Notes: a model not told the origin generated them from the letters alone. Shown: positions 8,593 to 17,159, counted from the stretch's first letter. The stretch is DNA of 25,608 bases from a virus (IMGVR_UViG_3300009656_000012:1-25608); one strand, 5' to 3'. Translations and numbers: made by a program.

Positions 8593-8811
8593 TCATGTGT
8601 CTAATAAATTGCCGTCGATCCTGACCGCTTTAGGAGGCTTTCTCCGCCTCCGGCCTTTGCTCTGGCTCTGGTATACAGCATGTCCCCGATGGTAGCAGCG
8701 GGCCTTAACCTCTTCTGGCGGATCGGGCTTAGGCTTGGACGGATCAGCCCATATCCCCAGAATCAGCTGTCCGCATTCCGGACATTTATGTGCATTAGTT
8801 TTTCTTCTCAC
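8593..8811 (-). CDS. Small Zn-ribbon protein with Arg-rich motif
   Basis: Probable GTG start 8811; CPECG...CYHRGH and KGRRRRKPPK; start uncertain. Confidence 0.6.
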   Translation of the reverse strand: MRRKTNAHKCPECGQLILGIWADPSKPKPDPPEEVKARCYHRGHAVYQSQSKGRRRRKPPKAVRIDGNLLDT

Positions 8812-8971
8812 GCTTAGTCTTACCCCTCTCCCCATACATCTGCAGCCACTTACACATGCCATCTATCTGTTTCTCCGGGTCCGCGCAACCCTTGTGCTTA
8901 ATGGCCTTCTTGCTCATCTCCCTGCCCTGCAGCCAGCAGTAGGCCACCGGCTGGGGTGTTTTGGGTTTCAT
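8795..8971 (-). CDS. Small Cys-containing hypothetical protein (58 aa)
   Basis: ATG 8971 overlaps upstream stop (ATGA); MKPKTPQPVAYCWL...GC...MCKWL. Confidence 0.6.
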   Translation of the reverse strand: MKPKTPQPVAYCWLQGREMSKKAIKHKGCADPEKQIDGMCKWLQMYGERGKTKREKKN

Positions 8972-9483
8972 GGCTCCGTGGGCTCCGTGTCCCCCGGCCT
9001 CTCCACTTCGGCCAGTGCTTGCACTAATATGTGTTGTATAGTTGGCTGTGTCCGCAAATATGCCACCGCCCCCCTCGCCGCATCCACAACCGCACACAGT
9101 TTGGCGTTTTCGGCCTCTAGGTAATGGACAGCTTCTATGGCCTCATCTAACCCTCCGGTTATAGATGTGACCATCAACCGCAACCGATCAACCTCGGCCT
9201 GCAGTCTCTGGAAACGCTCGTGGTCATCTTCGCCTGCACATCTCATGCATCCCTCAATTAATCTGTCTAATTTGGCCTCGGCCTTGATTGCCCGCTCAAT
9301 GGCATGGGGCCAACCTTCACGGGCTTCTGCGATAAATTCCGCATCCTCTTTAGATAAAGTGCTTTCAGTGCAACACCCACACCCTGTTTCAAATACCGGC
9401 TCAACTCCGGTATTTTCTTCGCCATTCCACGGCGGAGGCGTGGCCTTGTTGCAAATCTCCATATCCTTCGCTAAATCCCTCAT
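8968..9483 (-). CDS. Ead/Ea22-like protein
   Basis: RDLAKD.EIC.KATPPPW...DAEFIAEAREGWP..IERA pattern followed by coiled coil; strong RBS. Confidence 0.7.
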   Translation of the reverse strand: MRDLAKDMEICNKATPPPWNGEENTGVEPVFETGCGCCTESTLSKEDAEFIAEAREGWPHAIERAIKAEAKLDRLIEGCMRCAGEDDHERFQRLQAEVDRLRLMVTSITGGLDEAIEAVHYLEAENAKLCAVVDAARGAVAYLRTQPTIQHILVQALAEVERPGDTEPTEP

Positions 9484-9852
9484 CTACTCGCCCTCCTTCT
9501 TTGACTCAAAATAACTGCAATAATCATCTAAAAAGGTTTCATGCTGATACTCTCCATCGCTATGATATGCACAAAATAATTTGTTTGTATGTTCGCTTTC
9601 TACAAGGTTTTGGCAGTTTTGACATTTGTACGTTCCTTCCGTGTCCGTTGCCCATCTAAGATGCTTTTTCAACCGTTCTACCTCGGCCTCCTTGTCATCA
9701 TTAATTTTCATCCTAATCTTCCCCGACAGTGAATGATAACCCTCAGTAATCAATAGGGATATTGCAACACTAGTTTTTATCCCTAACGTCTCCTTCACGT
9801 TTTTTATAGCTTCAACTATATGATTCTCTGCTGAAAATACATATTTTTTCAT
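9484..9852 (-). CDS. Hypothetical mosaic protein (possible RHH-like N-terminus, Cys-rich C-terminus)
   Basis: 122 aa; GAGGAGG RBS; CQNC...C...C cluster after EAEVERL segment. Confidence 0.65.
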   Translation of the reverse strand: MKKYVFSAENHIVEAIKNVKETLGIKTSVAISLLITEGYHSLSGKIRMKINDDKEAEVERLKKHLRWATDTEGTYKCQNCQNLVESEHTNKLFCAYHSDGEYQHETFLDDYCSYFESKKEGE

Positions 9853-9874
9853 CTCTCGCCCTCCTCTTTTTTAT

Positions 9875-9949
9875 TGGAACCCGGCCCCCGGAATCGAACC
9901 TGGGGATACCAGCTTGTGCGTCACTGGCATGGTGCCCAGCCCGCCGGAT
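9875..9949 (-). tRNA. Degenerate tRNA-like element (possible tRNA-Cys GCA pseudogene)
   Basis: Acceptor stem ATCCGGC/GCCGGGT, discriminator T, encoded CCA, T-loop GG-TTCGATT-CC; GCA centred in anticodon-like arm; D-arm not canonical. Confidence 0.55.
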
Positions 9950-9959
9950 ATAAACTGAC

Positions 9960-10076
9960 CTACTCTGGTGCGTCCAGCCGTTTATTTAGTCGGCACAGCC
10001 CACACCAGGTGGCGCCGAGAATAAAACCCACTCCCAGCGACATCCAGATGGCAATAATCAAAATAAATACGCTCAT
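9960..10076 (-). CDS. Small membrane protein (38 aa), not in ORF track
   Basis: MSVFILIIAIWMSLGVGFILGATWCGLCRLNKRLDAPE; ATGA overlap with upstream stop; one hydrophobic helix. Confidence 0.6.
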   Translation of the reverse strand: MSVFILIIAIWMSLGVGFILGATWCGLCRLNKRLDAPE

Positions 10077-10333
10077 CTCATGTATCCCTTCCGCCGCAGC
10101 TTGGCCTCGTGCTCGGTGACAAACTTAGGTATGTTCAAGTTGTACTCCAGTCTCTGTATCTCTACCAGTGTCATCGCCGTCTGCGCCAAGTCTAACGCCT
10201 CTCTGACGGCGTTGATTGGGTCTTGGTTGGCTATGGCCTCTCTGACCTCGTCGAACTCCTCAGTAATCTTTACCAGTTGGCTCTCCGCCGTCCAGTCGGG
10301 CTGAATTATCAAATCTGGCAGTCTGATATTCAC
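10073..10333 (-). CDS. MazG-like nucleotide pyrophosphohydrolase domain protein
   Basis: QLVKITEEFDEVREAI...EALDLAQ matches the EExxE...ExxD all-alpha NTP-PPase pattern. Confidence 0.65.
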   Translation of the reverse strand: MNIRLPDLIIQPDWTAESQLVKITEEFDEVREAIANQDPINAVREALDLAQTAMTLVEIQRLEYNLNIPKFVTEHEAKLRRKGYMR

Positions 10334-10821
10334 TAAATCAACTCCTCAATCTTGATATAGATCCCGGGCACGTCAGCCCAAAACTTTTCGATTATCTCAC
10401 TGGCTACCAGGGCATCGTCCGTCCAGTACCCCAGATCCGTACACACATCCTTTAGCAGCTTCTGTAGATTATCGGTGTCGGGCTTGGTGATCCGGTATTC
10501 TCCGTCCTTATGCTTGCCAGTGATCGGGAAACACCACTTAGTTATTAGTCGGATTCCACCTGTATACTTTTGGTTTGGTACGTGCTGGCCTAAGTAAGCC
10601 ACGAGCTTTGACCGGGCCGCTTTAAGCTCTGCCGGCTCATAAAACGTCTTAGTATTCCAGTTGACTTGTTTTTCCTGGTGCGTAGTGGTTGGCGGGACCA
10701 TGGCAACAAAAAATTCAGTTGTCTGTGGGTACGGTACTTTACATTGCATGTCCCCGTCACATCTGGAACAAACTTCTTCCCAGTAATCTTTTTGGTGGAT
10801 GCAGCTCATTACTTTTGTCAT
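10333..10821 (-). CDS. rusA: RusA-family Holliday junction resolvase
   Basis: KPDTDNLQKLLKD...YWTDDALV...EKFW; extra Cys-rich N-terminal segment. Confidence 0.85.
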   Translation of the reverse strand: MTKVMSCIHQKDYWEEVCSRCDGDMQCKVPYPQTTEFFVAMVPPTTTHQEKQVNWNTKTFYEPAELKAARSKLVAYLGQHVPNQKYTGGIRLITKWCFPITGKHKDGEYRITKPDTDNLQKLLKDVCTDLGYWTDDALVASEIIEKFWADVPGIYIKIEELI

Positions 10822-11352
10822 TTACTTGACCACCCTCAGAGTAGTCTCTGCCGGAAACAATGTTGCTGGGCCGGTGATACTGTCCCAATCAATCCCCTCA
10901 TCCAGTAGGTCTGGAATAGGTGCCCGGGTAGTGTTCCAATTCATCCCCAGCTTTTCAACCATGTTGATCCAGTCATTAATTTCGTGGTCAACCATCTTCC
11001 CATCTGTACCGATATGCCGGAGTTCATGATAAATAAGAGCGTAGATCTGCTCCCGGCTCATGTTGATGATATTGAATTTATAAATCTCCATCATGTAGTC
11101 GAAGTGCCGTCCGGTGATCTGGTATATGATGTCGTCCCACTTCTCTGGCACCTTGCTGATCTGGGCGAAGATTGTTTTGCCAGCTTTTTTCTTTGTGCTG
11201 ACTTGATCTTCAACAAATAAAATATTGTTCACCACCACATGGCTGATCTCGTCAAACTTTTTCACCAGGGCCTGGGCGATCGGACGGTATGATTCTTTAA
11301 TAAAATATTTTCCACTGAATGATTCCACTTGAATTAATTTAGTTTCTGCCAT
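10822..11352 (-). CDS. Putative phage metallopeptidase
   Basis: LIYHELRHI (HExxH) followed by DHEI; AGGAGGT RBS. Confidence 0.75.
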   Translation of the reverse strand: MAETKLIQVESFSGKYFIKESYRPIAQALVKKFDEISHVVVNNILFVEDQVSTKKKAGKTIFAQISKVPEKWDDIIYQITGRHFDYMMEIYKFNIINMSREQIYALIYHELRHIGTDGKMVDHEINDWINMVEKLGMNWNTTRAPIPDLLDEGIDWDSITGPATLFPAETTLRVVK

Positions 11353-11404
11353 TTTTGTTTACCTCCTAAATTTTTCCTTATTGCCGTTTGTTAAATTTCT
11401 CTTA

Positions 11405-11466
11405 GTCACAGTTAGGGGAAGGAGGTCGTCGTGCGAAAGCTAACGCACGACTACTTCCCCTGTGAC
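11405..11466. other. Long imperfect hairpin beside the iterons (candidate priming signal or structured RNA)
   Basis: GTCACAG/CTGTGAC, GGGGAAG/CTTCCCC and GTCGTGCG/CGCACGAC nested inverted repeats around loop AAAGCTAA. Confidence 0.7.
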
Positions 11467-11476
11467 CCTCGCGAGA

Positions 11477-11698
11477 GGGAAGAAAATAAATGTTTATTTA
11501 TAAGTGTTTTTTTCCTTCCCTTTTTCCCTCGGAAGAAAATAACTGAAAACATGTTTTTTTCCTTCCTTTTTTCTCGATTTTTACTAACAATAATTTCCTT
11601 TTGCAATCGGGAAGAAAATAACTTGATTTATGTTTTTTTCTTCCCTTTTTCCCTGTTAAGGAAATCGGGAAATTTTATGTTTATTTCCCTTTTTCCCT
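11477..11698. repeat. Iteron-like repeats; candidate replication origin
   Basis: Three copies of (G)GGAAGAAAATAA-N-TGTTTTTTTC(C)TTCC(C)TTTTT at ~11477, 11531 and 11609, plus a degenerate fourth at ~11667; each internally palindromic; AT-rich; directly after primase-helicase. Confidence 0.75.
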
Positions 11699-13894
11699 GA
11701 TGACTTTTCCGTTTTTGATTACAAATTCGCCATGGGTTTCTACTCTGTTTCGGGCAGTTTTTTCTACCACACCCATGTACTCAGCCATACTTTTTAGAGT
11801 AACTTCACCTTCAAAAGTACATGCCTCATATGCAACCTCGACTGAAATTTTCCGTTCTTTTGCCCTGGCTTCTTTCGGTTTCCGCTTTTCCATGGCCCGC
11901 TGCCAGGGCGCCTTGTCGCCTTCACTCACCTGATCCTTAAGCAGCCCGACTGTGTCTACCTGGTGAGTTGGGTAGTCGAACCAAAGGTCTACCGGCTTGA
12001 ACTTCGGGAACTCGCGCAGGGTTCCGTCTATCCGCCAGGCGGTCCGCTGTTCTACCTTCTGCCGGGCCGCGTATACATCCTTGAGCATATCCCGGTATAG
12101 ATCAGTCCCCAGCAGTTTGTCACACACTGGCAGCATCTCTTTTTCAGAGCACCGGGCATCCTGGGAGACTTCATCGTCCCAGTTCGGCACATACTTACTC
12201 AGCCAGGATTCAGCAACCTTGCAGACTGCGTTATTCTCCAGCTGTTTAATTAGATCATTAGGCAGGTCCAACTCAATCAGGTCCAGGAGCACGTCCGGAT
12301 CCCGGGCAAACACCCCGGACCCGCTGGCCCGATCCATCGATCTCTTTTGACCCTGCTGGCCTTTAGAATGATGGTGGCAGTAAATCACCGCGGCTCCGAG
12401 CTCGGTGCATACCCGGTCAAACTCATTACAGAACTTGGCCATCTGATCGGCACTGTTCTCATCGCCGGTGATTACCTTGTATATAGGGTCTATGATGATA
12501 GCAATATAATTTCGCTTGGCGGCCCTCCTGATCAGCTTAGGAGCCAGCTTATCCATCGGGATTGACTTCCCTCTCAGGTTCCAGATGTCAATATTTTTTA
12601 TATTTGCCGGCTGCCATTGCAGGTCTGTGTACACATCCTTAAAACGATGTAAGCAGCTGGCCCGATCCAGCTCCAGGTTAACGTACATCACTTTGCCCTG
12701 GGCACATGGCCAACTGAACCATGGCCGACCCTCAGCAATGGCACAGGCCAGCTGGATCAAGGCATATGACTTTCCCGCCTTGGAAGGCCCGGCCAGCAGC
12801 ATCTTATGCCCCTGGCGGAGCACTCCCTCGATCAGAGGCGGTGCCAAGTCCGGCAGGTTATCCCAGACGCTGGCCATCGACTCCGGCTCGGGCAGATCAT
12901 CATTAATCCCCTCAATCCACTCCTGCCATTCCCGCCAGTCAGCCTTGCCGATGTTGGTATCAACTAAAAACTGCTTTTGACCGTTCCGCATGACGCCAGG
13001 CATACGACTGAGCCGGCTCGGGTTCCGGTTCTGGCTATCCACCTTAAGCCCGTTTTTGCGACAGACGTTATATAAGTAGTCCACCCGCTTTCGGTACTCG
13101 TCGTAGGTGTCGGCATCGATGCGGACAATGGCATGGAGGCTCTTTTTGCCACTGTGCACCAGGCAGGCCACCGGGAGTTCCAGTTCTCTGATGATGGCGT
13201 TCTGCTTGTCGATTTCCATGTCGTCCGATTCGACCAGGGAGTACCTAAATTCTGTGACATTCTCGTTTTTGCAGCCGGTCCCATCGAGCGGGTTAAATCT
13301 GATCCACGCCCCTACCTCAGGTTTATAGTCACCTAGTACCGAGCCTATATCGCCTTTACATTGGTTCAATTGCTGGATAAGCTCCCCGGCCGTCCGGTCC
13401 CAGCACCCCTTGGTGGGCAAGTGCTTGCCGTCCTTCTCCCAACTGTCACAGACATAGCCCACATTATCGCTGGCCTCAAATAGAGTTGATAGGTACTTAG
13501 TCAGCTGCTCGACCGGGTTCCAGTCGGCGGGCTCAATGACCTCTTGCTCCTCCACCCAATACTTGTCGATAATGACCAGATCGTCCTTGCCACCGATGAT
13601 AGCATCCCAGGCCAGCTCCATGCCCCCGTCGTAGCGTTCCGGCTCCCAGCCCTGATCCCTAGCTAGAGCTACCAGGGTGCCAGACGTAACAGGCGTGGAA
13701 GAACCGTGGAAACTCCCCCACTTTCTGAAACACTCTCCCTGGTGATAACGCCCGGCATCCCGCTTGCTCCAATTGTCCCAGTCAGCAGCGGTATGCCCCG
13801 CCTCATGCAGGGCCATTCCGACTGAGACCCACTCCTGGTAGTCCAGCAGTGCTGGATTGATATGCTCCAGTAATTCGAGTGCCGTTAAGGCCAC
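11681..13894 (-). CDS. Primase-helicase (PriCT-2-like + AEP/RepB'-like primase + AAA_25/RepA-like helicase + C-terminal HTH-like region)
   Basis: DYQEWVSVGMAL N-terminus; LVESDD and HSGKKSLHA primase motifs; Walker A GPSKAGKS, Walker B IIIDP, HHHSKG, ASGSG. Confidence 0.88.
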   Translation of the reverse strand: MALTALELLEHINPALLDYQEWVSVGMALHEAGHTAADWDNWSKRDAGRYHQGECFRKWGSFHGSSTPVTSGTLVALARDQGWEPERYDGGMELAWDAIIGGKDDLVIIDKYWVEEQEVIEPADWNPVEQLTKYLSTLFEASDNVGYVCDSWEKDGKHLPTKGCWDRTAGELIQQLNQCKGDIGSVLGDYKPEVGAWIRFNPLDGTGCKNENVTEFRYSLVESDDMEIDKQNAIIRELELPVACLVHSGKKSLHAIVRIDADTYDEYRKRVDYLYNVCRKNGLKVDSQNRNPSRLSRMPGVMRNGQKQFLVDTNIGKADWREWQEWIEGINDDLPEPESMASVWDNLPDLAPPLIEGVLRQGHKMLLAGPSKAGKSYALIQLACAIAEGRPWFSWPCAQGKVMYVNLELDRASCLHRFKDVYTDLQWQPANIKNIDIWNLRGKSIPMDKLAPKLIRRAAKRNYIAIIIDPIYKVITGDENSADQMAKFCNEFDRVCTELGAAVIYCHHHSKGQQGQKRSMDRASGSGVFARDPDVLLDLIELDLPNDLIKQLENNAVCKVAESWLSKYVPNWDDEVSQDARCSEKEMLPVCDKLLGTDLYRDMLKDVYAARQKVEQRTAWRIDGTLREFPKFKPVDLWFDYPTHQVDTVGLLKDQVSEGDKAPWQRAMEKRKPKEARAKERKISVEVAYEACTFEGEVTLKSMAEYMGVVEKTARNRVETHGEFVIKNGKVIREKGK

Positions 13895-16668
13895 TATCTA
13901 ACCACCTCTCTCAGCCAACCATCCAGGTTATCCTGCTTAGGCTCCGGCTTATAGATATTCGGGCTGATGCCATGCGGAATCTTCCAGCCATTGCCCGCAA
14001 TCCTGTCAATCATTCTCTTGGCATCATCAAACTGCCAGGTCCCCACATGCTGGAACCCTCGGCCCTCCAAAAACCTAATTTGTTTAGGTGTAGTAAGCCC
14101 TTCCATGCGTCTCATAGCCAGTCGGTCAAGCAATTTGCCAGCTTTACCTGCACTCTCGATCTGGTCCGGGAATATACCTAGCTTCTCTAAGGTTTTAATT
14201 TGATTGTCTGATGGCGGGCCCATTTCCCAGCCGAAACTCGGCACATACCCAGCCAGATCCTCAGCCTGGATTGACATTTCAAATTGCAAGGGGTCCACTA
14301 ACTTGCGCTTCCGGTTCCGCATTTCCCTGAGCTGGTTAGCCAGAGCTTCCTCCCGGGCGCTTACCACGTCACTGGCCGCCTGGGCCTCAGCCTCCTGGAT
14401 GTCCACCGGACAGCCATCTTCCATATTCTTGGTCATAATCTCAGCCACCTCAGGAGACTCACATATAAGGTGGGCTGGATGGCACAGCTCATGGCGGGTA
14501 GTGTGCCAGAGGAAGTCCAGCAGGAGCAGATTATCTTTATCCGGACAAAGCCTGGTCCCCCGGCCCACCATCTGGCAGTATAATGATCTAATCTTGGTCG
14601 GCCTGAGCACCACAATGCAGTCCACCGATGGACAGTCCCAGCCCTCGGTATTGCCCATCACTGTGACATAGCCATTTCTACGAGTAATGATATTTTTACT
14701 ACTTGTCCGAACACACCAAACTTCTTGATGTTCGCGGGATTCAACGATCGGGGTTTTACACGAAATATTAAGGTGTCTACCTTTAATCATCCTTAATCCC
14801 CATTGATCATTATGTTTGGGATTTCTTGCAGGTCTCGGTATCATATTGCATCTCCATCCCCTAGTAGGACCGATGGTACACAGGAGGTTAATCCATTCTT
14901 TTTTTGTGTCGTTCATCATAATAGAAGAAGGCATTCCGTTTTTAGCCTGATCATGCCATCCATCCCCATACCAATATCCTTCAACCAAGGCGTCAAACTG
15001 CTGTTCATTAAGTCCCCAAAAGAGGTCTGTCCCGTTTTTTTCTAAATACGGCTCTAGTCTAAATACGCCATTCTTTTTTTGTGAACCGCTGCCAGTGCCT
15101 CTGGGCAGGCTCCATAGTATTGCCTCAACTCCACTGGTACGATGCTTGCGGATTACGTCAAAATTAAGTCGTTTCAACAATGCATCAATCCACTGCACTA
15201 TATATGGATAATGGGGGCTTTGACAAAGTACGTATTCTACTCCGCCCGACTGCAGCTTTGTTCTAGTTCCATCTGCTATCCAGAATCCAATAAAACGGCA
15301 ATCATCAAGAGTTAGATCCTTGGGTTGGGTATAAAAAAGCCCTCTTTGCTCCTCTTTTCGTCTTTGAGCTTCTTTATAGGATGTTTCTGTATCACAACCA
15401 GTTGACTTTCGAATATCATGAGCAGTTTTCACGATTTGCCGATGTGTTATATCGGGCCATTCAGGTTGATCAATTTTTATATCAAATGGTTCTGCGACAC
15501 CGAAGGCTGGTAACAAATGACCATTACGGAGATGGTCAGCGCTAATCTTTTTCCATGACCTATTCCCTTCACCACAACTAACAATCATTCGGTGAGTATT
15601 AGTAACACTTAAATTAATAGTTCTGGATTCTATGGATACCATGTGTTCATCGAGTCCAAGCGGACGCTTGACTATTTCCTTTGGTTCCTCGAAAAATACT
15701 GTTCCGTCCATGTTCCAGTTAGCTACCTTATGCTGCATTGTAATTTCGTCATGCTTTACAAAACCTTTATCTGTCAGGATTTCCGTTTGCATATCAAGGC
15801 ATAGGAGCATGGAATTACAGAGCACATCATAGCGTCCCGCGTCGAAGTCTCTCAGCACCTGGGCGCGGTCCTGGCTCTCACCGTTGACCTCAGCGGCCCT
15901 AAATCCTTTGCTTTCCAAGATGTCTCTGAACTTTTGGCTAGTCTTGATCAGCGGCAAGAATACTACTGTCTTACGATCCATGCAATACTTAGCCATCTCA
16001 TCGGCTATTTGGTATAGGTATGGATCCAAGGCAGTCCCCAGGTCGGAAGTTTTGAAGTCGCCGGCCTGCTGGCCAACTGCGGATAAGTCTAGTTTGAGAG
16101 GTATGGTCTGGGCTTTGATCTTACATAGATAGCCATCTTTTATAGCCTTGGGCAGACTGTACTGATACGCCAGGCTCTCGAAATACTCTCCCAGGTTGCG
16201 CATATCACCCCTGTCGGCTGTAGCTGTAACCCCTAAGACCTTGGCCTGGTTGAAGTGCCCCAGCACCCGCTGATAGCTATCAGCCAGGCAGTGGTGGGCC
16301 TCATCAACGATAATCGTATTAAAATAATCCAGTGGAAATTGTGCCAATCGTTTCTCCCGCATGAGAGTTTGAACTGATCCAACCACCACGCGGTACCAGC
16401 TGTTTAAACAGCTGTCTTCTGCTTTTTCGACCGCACAGCCTAATCCGGTAGCTTGGGCCATCTTGTCGGCGGCCTGTTCCAGCAACTCTCCCCGGTGGGC
16501 GAGTATCAAAACCCGCTCACCATCCCGGACACAATCCTCGGTCAGTTTGCTGAATACTATCGTCTTGCCGGTCCCGGTCGGCAGGACCAGCAGAGTCTTC
16601 TGTACCCCGCTGGCCCACTGGCCTTGTATGGCCTCTTTGGCTTGTACTTGATAAGGTCTGAGCTCCAT
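13894..16668 (-). CDS. SF2 DEAD/DEAH-box helicase containing an intein
   Basis: LPTGTGKT, DEAHH, TATADR, split motif V (NSMLL|TEGWD), QMVGRGTR; spliced product 540 aa. Confidence 0.93.
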   Translation of the reverse strand: MELRPYQVQAKEAIQGQWASGVQKTLLVLPTGTGKTIVFSKLTEDCVRDGERVLILAHRGELLEQAADKMAQATGLGCAVEKAEDSCLNSWYRVVVGSVQTLMREKRLAQFPLDYFNTIIVDEAHHCLADSYQRVLGHFNQAKVLGVTATADRGDMRNLGEYFESLAYQYSLPKAIKDGYLCKIKAQTIPLKLDLSAVGQQAGDFKTSDLGTALDPYLYQIADEMAKYCMDRKTVVFLPLIKTSQKFRDILESKGFRAAEVNGESQDRAQVLRDFDAGRYDVLCNSMLLCLDMQTEILTDKGFVKHDEITMQHKVANWNMDGTVFFEEPKEIVKRPLGLDEHMVSIESRTINLSVTNTHRMIVSCGEGNRSWKKISADHLRNGHLLPAFGVAEPFDIKIDQPEWPDITHRQIVKTAHDIRKSTGCDTETSYKEAQRRKEEQRGLFYTQPKDLTLDDCRFIGFWIADGTRTKLQSGGVEYVLCQSPHYPYIVQWIDALLKRLNFDVIRKHRTSGVEAILWSLPRGTGSGSQKKNGVFRLEPYLEKNGTDLFWGLNEQQFDALVEGYWYGDGWHDQAKNGMPSSIMMNDTKKEWINLLCTIGPTRGWRCNMIPRPARNPKHNDQWGLRMIKGRHLNISCKTPIVESREHQEVWCVRTSSKNIITRRNGYVTVMGNTEGWDCPSVDCIVVLRPTKIRSLYCQMVGRGTRLCPDKDNLLLLDFLWHTTRHELCHPAHLICESPEVAEIMTKNMEDGCPVDIQEAEAQAASDVVSAREEALANQLREMRNRKRKLVDPLQFEMSIQAEDLAGYVPSFGWEMGPPSDNQIKTLEKLGIFPDQIESAGKAGKLLDRLAMRRMEGLTTPKQIRFLEGRGFQHVGTWQFDDAKRMIDRIAGNGWKIPHGISPNIYKPEPKQDNLDGWLREVVR
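14650..15801 (-). mobile_element. Intein (384 aa) with LAGLIDADG homing endonuclease
   Basis: Starts CLDMQTEILT (C290); block B VTNTHRM; motifs FIGFWIADG and LVEGYWYGDG; ends VWCVRT...VTVMGN with +1 Thr; removal restores LLTEGWD; visibly more AT-rich than flanks. Confidence 0.95.
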
Positions 16669-16671
16669 AAG

Positions 16672-17136
16672 CTAAAAGGCTCCTGGAGTAAATGTGGGAG
16701 CTTGGGCAGGCGGCTCATAGTTGTAAAACTTTTGTATCTTGTTGTTCTTCATTTCCTTCCCCTCCTTATTTCCGATCCAGGTGTCAATGACGACTTTGCA
16801 CCGGCCCTTGGAGCCGACCACCTTGTTCCAGTTCATGGTCATCTTTTCCCCGTGTTTACGTTGGCCAATCGAGTTAAAAAACGCGCAAAGGAGCCCCTCT
16901 GTTTTGGTATGCAAGAATAGGTTGTGGTCCAGGGTCGTGGTCCCCTCCGGGCCCGTCAGCTTGATTTTAAGTATTGCCTTGTTACAAGCGGGTAACTTAT
17001 CGCTGCCAGTGTGTCGGCCGCGCTCAAAACCTAAAACCTCAAAATCATAATCACCTTCCGGCAAGATAGTAAAATCCGGACCGTCGTTCTCGATGGGATC
17101 GTCCCACCCTAGTTCTCTGCCGACTTCTTCTGCCAT
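16672..17136 (-). CDS. DUF669-like single-stranded DNA-binding protein
   Basis: GWDD.I...FTILPEGDYDFEV...NKIQKF; typical position between AAA_24 gene and helicase. Confidence 0.75.
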   Translation of the reverse strand: MAEEVGRELGWDDPIENDGPDFTILPEGDYDFEVLGFERGRHTGSDKLPACNKAILKIKLTGPEGTTTLDHNLFLHTKTEGLLCAFFNSIGQRKHGEKMTMNWNKVVGSKGRCKVVIDTWIGNKEGKEMKNNKIQKFYNYEPPAQAPTFTPGAF

Positions 17137-17159
17137 AGTAAATAAATCCTCCTTATAAT

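Noticed and set aside
11477-11698. Possible CRISPR array
   Set aside because: Repeats are degenerate, low-complexity and irregularly spaced, without unique fixed-length spacers; no cas genes
11431-11700. 89-aa Phe-rich + strand ORF
   Set aside because: Arises from translating the T-rich iteron repeats
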